From the NCBI RefSeq assembly GCF_000143415.4, contig NW_003314350.1, positions 124,001 through 188,000 of the forward strand: a DNA stretch of 64,000 nt, in the 5' to 3' direction. Under the pieces are notes generated by a model that saw only the letters and a list, made by a program, of their open reading frames with translations, searched no databases and was not told the DNA's origin. The number at the start of each line of letters is the position of its first letter. The first letter of the stretch is position 1. Made by a program: the position numbers and the translations under genes. This DNA comes from Selaginella moellendorffii. Taxonomy: Eukaryota > Plantae > Lycopodiophyta. Below are positions 40,557-52,609 of the stretch, one piece after another.

Positions 40557-42887
40557 CTACCTCTCTCTCTTTCCCAAAAGCCGAACTTTTTCCTTGCCGT
40601 ATTTGAGAGTCTTCTTGTCACCGTTGTCAAAATTTACTGTGAACTGCGATCTGCGTTGCTGCACGTGAGTTATCGTTCCCTTCAACCTGAACACGAGAGT
40701 GGTTATAGTTAGTGTTCTTGGTATATGAAACTTTCCCGCTCACCATGTTTTATCAGACGATCGGCAGACTTCCACTCTCTTCGTCACTGCGTCCGAGCCA
40801 AGCCGGTGGAGAATAGATGTGTCGTCTTCATCCGATTCTACTGCGTCCGCGACCTCCTCCTCCTGTGAGCTCGCTGGCCTTTTCCTTTTGCTTCTCTGTC
40901 CCCGAGCTGTGTTGGAGGCTTCCACAACTTCGGTGCCCGACGGCTTTTTTATCTTGAGCTTGAGCGTCTTTCTCTCGGTTTCCGGGGGCTCAACGTTGTC
41001 ACTCCTGGACCTTTTCTTGGATGAGTCGGCGGCTTCTTCACTCGACTTTCCTCTTGCTTTCGCGCTGCTATTCACTTTAAACACCCATTTCCCTTCCTTT
41101 CTGGCGGGTGCTGAAGCTGGTGCTTGCTCGTCGTCAGAGGACGGACACAGTCTAGCCATCTCGGATTCCGAAGGAAGACCAGCTGAAGCACGCAAGCTTT
41201 TAATCTGATCCCGATCTGCCTCGTCTTTGCGTTTCCATAATTCAACCACTGCTTCCTCGACACTCGTCGCCTAAGGGGGAAAACATGTTTGTGCAGCGAA
41301 ATAGCAAGATGGCAGTATAAATTACCTGGAAGCATTCTCCACGACAGGCAGCACATGTGAAACGCAAATTTTGTATCGTTTGAAACTCCTGATATTTTTC
41401 ATCGCTACAAGTAACAAACAAGGAAATTAATGTGCGCTAAAGCAGTTGATAAAAACATTACCTGATGCCTTCACAGACACAATGAACCCAATGCTCACAA
41501 CCATCACATAAAACCATGGGCGTCGGCTCTGATTCTCTGTACACCTGATAAGACAAAGCATGAAAATATTGTCTTTGATTGACAATGACAATACCTTCAT
41601 GCAGATTGGACAGTATTTATCTTTCACAAACAGTCGTCCGCAAGCATCGCAAAACAGATACGAGTGGAACCACCTGTGAAAAGAAAGAATCATAAAGAAC
41701 TTATGCTAAGGACACGAAGTACGTACCTTGAACTAGAACCCCCTCCAGGAACACGAGTACCACAGCTATGGCACTGCGAGTGTTTTGGACAAAGAAATGG
41801 TCCTTTTGCCGGAGCCTGTGAAACCCAAACAGTCATAAAAGTTCGACGAAGTAATAAGTCTCTACCTTAGCACCACTTTGCTTGCAGTTATTGTGGTGAG
41901 CTTCATCGCATCTTTTGCAAAACAAGAGCCTGTTGGGATCACCCGTAACTTTGCAATCCTACATCAATTATGCTCAGATAAAACGATGTCAACCTGACAA
42001 GAAAAAAACTCACTTCACACGTCCGGCAATGCAAACAACGCCAAGAAGCCCAGTTGAATAAATCTGCATCGACCATTCGAAGTAAATGACCATCCTCTAT
42101 CACAGCAAAACTCACCTCGATTTCCTGCCCAGTCTTTCAAACATTTGCGGTGGAATCGTCGGTCACATCCCTGGCAAGTTAGCATCCTTTCCTGCTTCTT
42201 ACTCTCGGCTTCTGCCAGTTGACATAGCCCGCAGAATATCTCCTCGGGAGGAGCAACGCTTTCTTCCGGCTGAGAAGGCGTACTCACTTCCCCTCCTCCA
42301 TCATCTGGTGTCTAAGAAACCAAGAAAAAAAATTCCATCGCTTACAAACAAAAGGAAGAAGATCGAAGCGAGGTACCTGATAGTCTGGTTGATTGTCCTC
42401 CGCTGGCACGCTTTGTTCTTCGATCTCCGGCTCTGGCTCTGGTTGCTCTGGTTGCTCTGGCTCCTCCTCTTGCTCGGCTTCGTGATCGGCCTCAGGTTCT
42501 GGCACTGACTCTAGAATTTTTTCTTCTTCCTGTGCTTGGAGCTCCTGAGGATCTTGAGGAGCGCCTCCATCTTCCTCGGCCGCTGCCGCTGCCACCGACG
42601 TGGATGGTTTCTTCTTTTTCTTCTTTGAGGACTCCTTGGACTGCCGCGGCACGAGAACCTCAACCGTGTCCTCGCCAGTCGTGATCATCAGTGGAGACTT
42701 CGCCAGGAGCTTCTGGAGAGCCGCCGCATTGCGTAAGAACGCGTCCTTGCCGCCGAGCTTGCGCAGCGGCCCTGACGATCCGAGCGCGCAGTTGCAAATC
42801 TTCCGGCTGCCAAGACAACCTCGATCTAGATCGGGAGAGTAAGAGAATCGCTTACCAGGTGAGAGGACATGCCACATGAAACGCCAT
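40557..42887 (-). CDS. PHD-finger protein with C-terminal Tudor-like domain, multi-exon
   Basis: Start MAFHVACPLT..KICNC, several PHD fingers, CDACGRLFVK..YCPIC, and KRVEV..W..G.I..V. Confidence 0.9.
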
Positions 42888-42994
42888 CGCCTCCAGCTTC
42901 TTCCAGCCCTAAATTATAAGAGCTATTTAAATTCATTAACGCTTAATTATTTTAAATGGAAATATAATTTATGTATTTTTGTACTTTATAAATT

Positions 42995-43168
42995 TGTGAG
43001 GGCCAAGTGTACGGATACGATGCCGTATACTAATATTAGCGTAGTGGATTTTGGTAGCCGTCGGATTGGTTTCAATCCGGACCACTTGCTCCTGTATATA
43101 AACTAGGGTTTTTGGGCTAATTGATATGCACATTTCTATATTCCCTTTCCATATTCCAGGCACTCACA
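42995..43168 (+). repeat. 5' LTR
   Basis: 4 mismatches to the 3' LTR over 174 bp. Confidence 0.97.
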
Positions 43169-43169
43169 T

Positions 43170-43185
43170 TGGTGGAGGTGAGGGG
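43170..43185 (+). promoter_or_regulatory. Primer binding site, probably tRNA-Ala
   Basis: TGGTGGAG 1 nt after the LTR is complementary to a tRNA 3' end ..CTCCACCA. Confidence 0.65.
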
Positions 43186-43392
43186 CACCTTTGATTATCC
43201 CTGAGGAGTGCTTGGATTTGGGATTTTGATTTAGATCTAGCTTTTGCATCGTCTAGATCTAGCTTTTTCCATTTCCTTTCTTTTGTTCTTTCTTTTGGTT
43301 TAGATCTAGCTTTTTGCGTTGTCTAAATCTACCATTTCCTTCTAGCTTTTTGTCATCTCTCTTCTTTTGCTCTTTCTTTTTCGTTCATCTTC

Positions 43393-44325
43393 ATGGCAGA
43401 TCCGCAATCTCCTCCTTTGACTCTAGAGCAGCAGTTGGTACAATTGCTTGATGCTATGCGCTTGTAATTGAACAACCAAACTCAGTTGATGGCGGCGTTC
43501 ACGGCACGTGGTACAACTCCTCCTGCTCTTGGTGCTAATCCTCGCGTTCGGCCGGAGTTCTTTCGCGGGAATCCTGGGGATGATGTGTACCATTGGTTCG
43601 ATCACTTCACGGTGATTGCCACATATCATTCTTGGGATGATGCTCGACGTTTGCGTGAGTTTCCCATGTGTCTCCAAGGGACGGCGTTGCAGTGGTACAA
43701 TGGTTTGAGCGCAGCCACTCGTGGGGATTGGAGTGTTCTCCCGGACGTCTTCAAACGCGCCTTCGGACATGCCGATGATTGTGATGATGCTTTCCAACAA
43801 TTGCATCGTCTTCGCCAAGGGCCATCTGAGTCAGTGATGCAATTTGGCGTTCGTTTCCGAAGTCTTTTGCTTCGTGCGGAGCCAAATATGTCGGAGCGGA
43901 TCAAGCTAGGAATGTTGTGGCCAGCACTTCGTCAAGATCTTGTCGGACTTGTGCATGCACTTGCTCTTGCCACCCTTGATGATGCTCTTCGCTTGGCACA
44001 ACGTTATGAGACGTCGCCTCTTCCACTTCTCGCTGCACGTCCTTCCGCTCCACTTCCTATGGGTGATGGTCCTATTCCAATGGAGGTTGATGCTGCTGCT
44101 GCTCGAGTCCAAGGACAAGCGCGAGGACGTGGTCGTGGCCGTGATGTTCGCTGCTGGGCGTGTGATGAAGTTGGTCATACTTATCGGCGTTGCCGTCGTT
44201 TTCCGGATTGGCGACCTCTATTTCCTGGGTGGAGACCTTGGCGTCAGCAACGTCCCGTGGGTGCTGCTGCAGTGGAAGGTCTGGACACTGAGATGCATCC
44301 GGGAAACGAGGAGTCGCGCGAGTAA
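43393..44325 (+). CDS. gag: Gag, with a premature TAA at 43465
   Basis: PEFFRG, ALQWY, LRQGPSESV and the zinc knuckle CWACDEVGHTYRRC. Confidence 0.9.
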
Positions 44326-44364
44326 TGGAGGGACCTTGCGCGAATAAATCAGTGACCCCTCCAT
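44301..44364 (+). promoter_or_regulatory. Predicted -1 ribosomal frameshift signal (G GGA AAC + H-type pseudoknot)
   Basis: In-frame slippery heptamer, 6-nt spacer, 9-bp stem 1 and 8-bp stem 2. The -1 frame is pol. Confidence 0.75.
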
Positions 44365-47300
44365 CTTTCTTTTGGGAGTATCATCAAGGGGTTCACTCGG
44401 CACCGGTTCATCCCGTGTTTACTTTCCAAGCTCGTTTTTATAACAAGAGGTTTCCTATTATTCTCTCCGTGTTGGTTGATACAGGTTCGAGTTTATCTTC
44501 TATTGCTCGACCTGTTACCACACGTTGTCGTCTACACTTGCGTCATGCGACGGAACCAGTTTTCATTCTTTATGGCAACGGCCGTACACATGCATGTGCA
44601 CGGGATGAGGTGGACCTGGTTGTGCGTGTGGGCGATCTCGAACTTGAGTTGCAGTCGTTGCGGGTGGTGCCAAGTCAAGCTTTTGACCTCATTCTTGGTA
44701 TGGATTGGTTGCAGGGCAATCATGCCAAGTGTGACTTTGAGGCTTCTCCCCCTTGTCTCATACTTCCTTATGTTTCATCCATTCCTCTCACTTCCATACC
44801 TCTTCGTCCCTCTACTTCTACCTCTGCTTCCATTACTTTTGTTCCCCCACTCTTTCCTTTTGTGTTTCCATCTTGTTCTGCTTTTCCCTTTTCCGATCCC
44901 TCCGACGATCTTTGTGTTGCAGCAATTGACCGGCTCATGAAAGAGTATTCTGATCTCTTTGAATTTGACCTATCGTCTGGGGCCAAGATTGCCACACGTC
45001 ATCCGATTCCAACCGGGGATGCTCGTCCAATCAAGGTTCCTGTTCGTCGTCGGTCACCTAAGGAGATCAAGATTTTACGAGCCAACGTCAAGGAAATGCT
45101 GGAGAAGGGTGTTATTCGGAAGTCGCGGAGTCCTTGGGCATGTGAACCTCATCTTGTGACGAAGCCTGATGGGAGTATTCGTTTCTGCATCGACTATCGC
45201 CCGTTAAACGAAGTGACGATCCCAGATGTGTATCCTCTTCCTCACACTGCTGATCTCTTAGATCGTCTGGGGCGAAGTCGTTGGTTCACCAAGCTAGATC
45301 TTGCTTCTGGGTATTGGCAAGTACCAATGGCCGAAGAAGATATTCCTAAGACTGCTTTTCGTACACCATTTGGTTTGTACGAGTTCTTGGTGATGCCGTT
45401 TGGTTTGAACAATGCTCCCGCAACTTTCCAGCGGATGATGGACGAGGTTCTTTGCGATATGCCGGAAGTGACTGCTGACTTCATTGATGATGTCTTGATC
45501 CACTCGGAAGGGATGTGGGAGGAGCACGTTCGTAATGTTTGTAAAGTGTTGGATCGGCTACGGGATGTTGGTTTAAAGCTGAAGCGGTCAAAGTGCGTGT
45601 TTGGGTCCAAGGACACAACTTATCTTGGGTACCGTATTTCTCGTGAGGGTTTGCAAGTTGATCCTGACAAACTTGTGGCTGTTCTAAAGTTCCCTACTCC
45701 GAAATGTGTGAATGATGTGCAACACTTTTTGGGTAAGGTGCAGTATCTCGGTCGTTTTGTGGATCATCTTTCCGATCGCACTACACCATTGCGAGCGTTG
45801 CTGAAGTCATCAACGTCATCTTTCATCTGGTCTCCGGATTGTGAGCGGGCGTTCGTGGATCTCAAAGAGCTATTGACGACTCCTCCGGTTTTGGCATATC
45901 CTGACTACACTCGACCTTTTATTTTGCGCGTGGATGCTTCTGACATTGGTCTTGGAGGTGTGTTGATGCAAGAGAGCTCGAGTGTGCCTGGTCAGCGCCA
46001 TCCCATTGCATACATAAGCCGTACATTACAACCAGCGGAGATGAACTACTCCACGACGGAGAAGGAGTGTTTAGCAGTAGTCTGGGGTTTCGAGAAACTT
46101 CATGCATATCTACATGGTTCTCGGACATTACTTGAAGGTGACCATGCTGCTGTTACTTCATTATTGAAGCGGAAGAACCTGGTTGGTCGTACGGCTCGAT
46201 GGGCTTTGAAGCTTCAGATATATGATTTCGATGTTGTTCATCGCCCAGGGAGTTCTATGGCTGATGCTGATGCCCTTTCTCGAGCTCCTCTTCCTTCTCC
46301 ACTCACTTCTCATGTTTCTGACGAACCTATTGTTCCAGCGTCTGTGGATTTTCTAGATGAGGATTCTGTGCCGTCGGCGGTTGCCGTCCTTGACATTCAG
46401 TGTCCACAGGGCGCAGAGCAAGATCTACCTTCTCTTGATGAGGTTCGCGAGGCTCAAACGATTGAGCCGTGGATTCGAAGGCTTCGAGATGGGTTTGAGA
46501 ATCCTGCATCACTTGCTGATGACTTGCCTTTCCGGCATTTACATTCTCAATATCGCCTTGAAGATGGCCTTCTTTATTTTGTGGGGACGGATCCTGATGA
46601 TCATTTACGGTTGGTGGTGCCTTCGGTGTTTATTCCGCGGTTTCTCCATGCCTACCATGATTCTCCTGTTCTAGGTGGGCATATGGGACACCGTCGTGTC
46701 ACCGAGAAGCTGCGCAGGTCTTTCTATTGGCCGGAGATGCGACGTGATATTATCCGGTATGTGCGTAGCTGCGTTTGGTGCCAAGCTCGTAATACTCCCC
46801 CTTGTGCTGCGGAAGGACGGTTGGAGTCAATTGCAGTTTCCCGTCCGTTTGAGTTTGTGGCGTTTGATCTTATGGGACCTTTTCCACGATCGACTGCTGG
46901 CAATGAGTATGTTATTATTGCTTCTGACTACTTGACTCGTTGGGTGGAAGTTGGTGCTCTTGCTAGCGCCTCTGCAACTGCTGTTGGATACTTCCTCCTC
47001 AATCGAGTGGTGTTCCAGCATTCTTGTCCAGAGCGGATTCTTTCGGATAATGGTCCTGCATTTATGGCTGAGGTATTTCATGTTTTGACATCTCGGTTGG
47101 GAATACGCCACACTTTTACGAGTGCTTATCATCCACAATCAGACGGTCTGGTGGAACGGCTCGTTCGGACATTCAAAGGGGTGATTGCGAAGTATGTGAA
47201 CTTTCAGCATTCGGATTGGGATGGTTATTTGCCGTCTCTTCGGTATGCCTATGTCACAGGGGTGCAGAGTTCTGTTGGTGCTTCACCATATAAACTTCTA

Positions 47301-47399
47301 TATGGTCATGATCCAATTTTACCAACAGAGCTGGGTTTACCTTCGTGATTGCCACGAGCTCCTGATGCTAGGTCATGGGATCAGTATTTGACAAAAGCT
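44325..47399 (+). CDS. pol: Pol (PR-RT-RH-INT), premature TGA at 47346, interrupted by an insertion
   Basis: LVDTGS, FIDDVLI, VDASD, HHCC zinc finger, DDE core (SDNG, HPQSDGLVER). Confidence 0.96.
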
Positions 47400-48529
47400 C
47401 TATTTCGTTAAAGTGGGATTTATTCAGTAAAATGGGACTAGGTACAAATTTTCAAGTATTTGAAAATGACGTGAAATTATATGTTTTTTGTCCAGGGGCT
47501 AGACATATCTGGGGCATGGTGACTAGCGCGGTGACCTTATGTCCAGACTGAGTCCATCTAGTTGTATAATAAATCTCATTGTCAAGGTGAACAAGCCGAA
47601 TCTGAAGCTAAAGAAAAGCGATGGCATGCGCGCACACACTATTTGTTTGTTCATTGAGCGTGTGGTGAGCTTTCCAAGATGAACATCATTCCTATTAGCC
47701 AGACATATAACTTAATGGTGAGAACATTTAGATATTATTCAATGTTATCTTTTTCTAACGAATCTAATTGTGAAGGTGTAGCAAGAGGCATTGCTAGTCT
47801 GGAGAAGTCATTTAACTCATTTGACCCTTAGTGTATTTTCATGAAACTAAATAACATTCATATTATTAAGGAATTTCTCTAGTACCTTTTTTTTACGACA
47901 TAGAGGCTTGCATTTCTTTCAAAGGTGATTTAGTAAAAGGCCTGAGGGCACATGCCATTCTATTTCTCAGACCGGTATTAAGATATACTAGTGCAAAGGG
48001 AAAAAGGTATTTGGTGATCAAGTAAATGGCATGAGGGCACACGCCATTATAAGCCTAAGCGCTAGTGGACACCTCCTTTTTGGTACTCTCAGCGGTACTA
48101 TCATCCTTCTCCGGGTCAGTTGTTTTGCTTTGGATTGTTGTCTCTGACGTTACTGGGGCGTTCTCGATAGTTGTTAATGTTGCCGTTTGTTCAGAAAAAT
48201 GATCACCTGGAGTATAGTACGGGGAGTTTGGAAGACTTATATATTCTACATCTTCACCTATCTCCTTCTCCGTCTCCTTTTCTGCCTCACTTACAGATTT
48301 TGTGCTTGCCATGAGACCGCTCTTCACCCTAAAATATGGAGTTCGTTGTGTTATAAAAGGAAACCAACACACACGCTGCAAGGGAATGATGGTACATAAA
48401 GCACGTAAGCCCACAATATGGGTTTATGTGCCATTAATATGGGCCACACGCCATATTATTAGATTTATGCACGTGTGATTGGTAAATACATATGTCACAT
48501 CATCTTTGTTTTACCTCACACACTATATC

Positions 48530-51500
48530 AAGCCTCCTCTGATTCAGATTCGGATTGTTCACCTTGAAATAAAATACATTAGAAACTTTGTAAAGGAATA
48601 TTAATGAATCTCACCTTGAACCCGAGTTATGAATGCTCTTGCTGCATCTCTTGCATGGTCTGGCAAGGTGATGGTGGCACTCTGCTTCCGCATCCAACCA
48701 TGCACAACATTATCCACCGATATGCTCATGCTGGGATCCCTTGGATTCAGCACCCATCTCTTTTCTAGGCAATCCTTCGTATATCCGGAACTTGGCTTGA
48801 ACCACTCCACAGTTACATTGAAGGAGTTAGTTTCCGCGTCCTCCTCTGCATCAGTGATGCAGCGCCCCACCCATATCATTTGTTTTTTATTACTGGGTCT
48901 GACAAGCACGACCATTCCTTTGCAGACCTGTACTGGATTGAATGCTGAATCCGGCTTCTTGTTCCTCGGCCCACAATAGTGATCCTCAACATCGTTATCT
49001 GTCACTGCATTTCCAGAGGACATTGTTCCGTTACTATCTGGTGCTCTGGGTTCTGGCCAAAAGGACTCTTCCAATTCTTCATATACAACCGGCCCATTTT
49101 GGATAGCAGATATAATCTTCTCCCAGTATTCGAGCAAAGGCTTGCACCTCTGAAAATAGGATTCTCCACCAAACACCAACCCCCTCTTCCAGAAGGCAAT
49201 ATGCTGTCTAATCCCGGCCACTATACTTTCCTGGTCTTTGAGTCCATCCGGGTGCATCGGCCGTGGGGAACCCTGAGGAATCATAGGTTCCCCAGTTATG
49301 GGATCTCTCTTGAAGAGTTCAATGCCGTCCACTGGCAGCCACACTGTGTCCCATTCTCTCATCTTGTACCTCATCACTGGAGCACCGTCACACATGCTGA
49401 AATGAAACTGAAGAGGCTTGGAGTGGCCAATCAGCGTTTCGGATCCATCCCTGATGTAGCCTCTTACAAACCCCTTAAAGTCTGGAACCTCTGTCAGAAG
49501 TGCAGCTTCAACAGTGCCTTTGATGCAATTTTGGAATTCATCGTAGAGTTGTGGGAGGGTGAGGACATTGGATCACCGGAGGGACTCTGCCAGGTGACTG
49601 AACATGGCATCGACGTCTTCATGAGTGTGCCCAACCATGAGAAAGCCAAGTGTAACCGTTTCAAATATGCCTTTGGCAACAAGCATCGCCAAGTACGCGA
49701 AGACGTACATGTTTTTGTTCTCACTGCCAGCATTGTCTGTTTGGAGCAGAAGATGGGGTGGAAGGCCACATCGGCCGCAAGAACTTCCTTGAGATTCTGC
49801 TTCGTTTGGATGAGGCTGTGCATTCACCGGGCGACCAGCCTCGTCGGAATGGCATGAGGCCTCACGTGATAACCCTACAATCTGACGGCCAACATATTCA
49901 CTGGGATGGCATGGGGCCCCACGCGATACTGCAAGCCTTTGCTCCTCCTCCAGCTGAACCCTGTATGGGGTTCGATCGACAAGGGCCTTATGCAAGGGTT
50001 GGCCGTTCAACTCAGTCTGCGCACTTTGCAGAGACCTTAAGTGTTTTGCTAGGGACGCAATCATCATGTTTGCACCCCCGCCACCCCATAGAGGTACAAA
50101 GAAGTTCCCATAGTTCTGGGCACCATGCCCATGAGCGATTATGCCAAACAGAGACACAGGCAGCTGCATGGATGAAGAGATTGCCTTGGGGGCAGGATTG
50201 AGTCGAGGTAAGCACGTCTTTTTCTGGTCCATTTTGTCGTGGATGATGCAGAGGTAAGAGTCAGGTCTCTCCATGGAGAGAATCCTGTTATGATAATATG
50301 CAGTCCTGCAGCTTCTCTGCTCGATGTTGTGGTCGAGCCGCCTTCTAACCAACGTCTCTCGCTCTTGAGCGCTGCAATAATTCTTCGACAAAGCCATTTT
50401 GATAGCAGTGCACTCGTCACACTTTGAAAAGCTGGAGTACTTTCCTATACTCACATCCCTGAATCTGTTGCTCCACAATCTACTAAATCTAGATTGGCTC
50501 AGCTTCCTGTAGCCATTACTCTGGAGTTCCCGATTCACATCTTCCAATATGGCCCCCTTGGTATACATGGAAGGGAGAACTCGTTGGGTGTCTCGTGTTC
50601 CATCTTCCAAGAGGCGGGTTTTATGTGGTTGCTGCTCGCTACATGTCTCGACAAACCTCTTGAAGATTGCCTCTCCATATACAACATGACCCCTAGTTTT
50701 GTGCGTACCGTCGTTCCCATGGATTGCCTGTTGAACCCTTTGTTCCTCAAACTCAGTTTTGATTCTGTAGAATGTGGTTCGAGGGACTCCATAAATGATT
50801 CTCCATGCCTTCATGCAGACCAAACCCCTCTGGAAGACCATGCCCCCCACCTGATGTTCTGAAGCATCAACAGATGACCGTAATGCCTCATACACAAAAT
50901 TGCGAGCTGCCTTCCAGGACAATGTCTTGTATCTTGCTCTCTCCTCTTCAATAGCATCCCAATCAGCATGTTGACAGCACCTCCTCTTGCAACAAGTAAC
51001 TGTCGAGACCATTCGAACCTCCATCGCCATTTTCTGCCTTTTCGGTTCGTTGCTCAGATCCCTTTGGCTGCGCTTTAGGAAGGTGTACTTTCTTTTCCCA
51101 TGAAGAGATGTTCTGTCATCAGTTGTAGTGGTGTTTGATTGTGAATCCTTCACATTCTCAAACACTAAGTGCCTCAATTTCCACCGCACAATGCTTCCAA
51201 TAGTCAGACTGTTTTCTTCTGTGTCAACAACCTCTAAAATCGCAACTCCAATATCATCCCAGCCCAATTCTTGATTAGCAACCGCATCTCTTGGATCGAC
51301 AACTGTGGCTAAGCCCTCAGCTACCACCTCCCCCTCGGGGTTGTTTAGAAACACTTTTGCCTGAATCCATGTAGCATGGTTCTTAAGATCCACGGAGGGA
51401 ACATGCGTCGCACTTGCGCTGTCCCCAACATCTGCTTTCTTCTGAAGATTTTTCAAGGCAACAACAACATTTACCCCGACGACCATCTCTCCTCGTTCAA

Positions 51501-51669
51501 TAGCGACCACATTCCCATCGAAGACAGTCTCTACTGATACAGCAGCATTGCCTTCCCCAAGCCTTTCACAGTGTATAACAAAGTTCCGATCCATAGACAC
51601 AAGGGTCCCTTTTGCAACTCTTTTCCCACCATTCAAAATGTAAACCTTTTCCCCAACCCTGAAGTCCAT
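48530..51669 (-). CDS. Sola-like DDD transposase, ~1020 aa, with one in-frame nonsense codon (TGA 49573-49575)
   Basis: FSKCDEC, HDKMDQKKTCLP, LQTDNAGSENKN, FLMVGHTHEDVDAMFS. The frame continues past the stop into ORF 48601-49395, with a likely short last exon GEQSESESEEA*. Confidence 0.85.
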
Positions 51670-52609
51670 TCTGAAAGTGCAGAAAAGAAGTTAAGACCAT
51701 ACAAAAAATGATTGGAGAATGGCCTAAATCATAACATACCAAACAACCTCAATAGCATGAGGCCACATGCCATTATTCAAACATGCTATTGACACCCACG
51801 TGAAATTTCGCATTCACAAAATTGGCATGAGGCCTCATGCCATCTTGATATACACACAGCTGCAGGCAAGTAAAAACATACATGACAATACGCTAGCCAT
51901 GAAATTGCAAGGGCCCAAGATGGCATGTGGCCTCATGCCATTTCTAAATGTGGTCCTAAGCCATTCCATGGTGAACATACCAGGAAGCACAAGTGCCAAA
52001 TATCAAGAGGAAGCGGTAGCCACACCAAAGACAGTGCCGCTCGCAACACCGCAACTACTCATAGCGCCGCTCGCAACACCGCAACTGCTCGTAGCGCCGC
52101 TCGCACAAACTGCCACTCGCATAAACTGCCGCTCGCAATGGCGCTCGCAATGCCGCAACCGCTCGTAGACGCATAAACCACAGCCCACAACGCCACTTAC
52201 ACAAGCAGCGCTCACTGCGCTCAGCGGAACCAAAAACACGGCGCACAAAAATGATAGACCTAGGAATGAGTTCGAGAATTCAAAAATAACACACGCTTGA
52301 ACGTCACATCAAATCCTCTGACAAACCAGATCTTATGATTCCTCTGACAAATTTCAAACTGAGTAGCTTCTAGACTTTGCTGTCGGAGGTTGAACTTTGT
52401 CACATCATGTCCTTGCCTCGATCCAGCTGTGCCATGTCAGTGATTCGAACTTTGCCATGCCATGTCAGCGATCCGCGCCAAGATTATTCGCCGTGTAAAG
52501 GAATAATTACGCTGTGTGTGTACGTCCATTTATGGCAATATAAGGCCACACGCCATTCAAAGAATAATGCTCGACATAAGGCCACACGCCATTCAAAGAA
52601 TAATGCTAG

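Noticed and set aside
48055-48414. 119-aa T/E/S-rich ORF inside the transposon
   Set aside because: Low complexity, no recognisable motif or supported splice link. It cannot be excluded as a third gene.
48979-49857. 292-aa plus-strand ORF
   Set aside because: Antisense shadow of the transposase.
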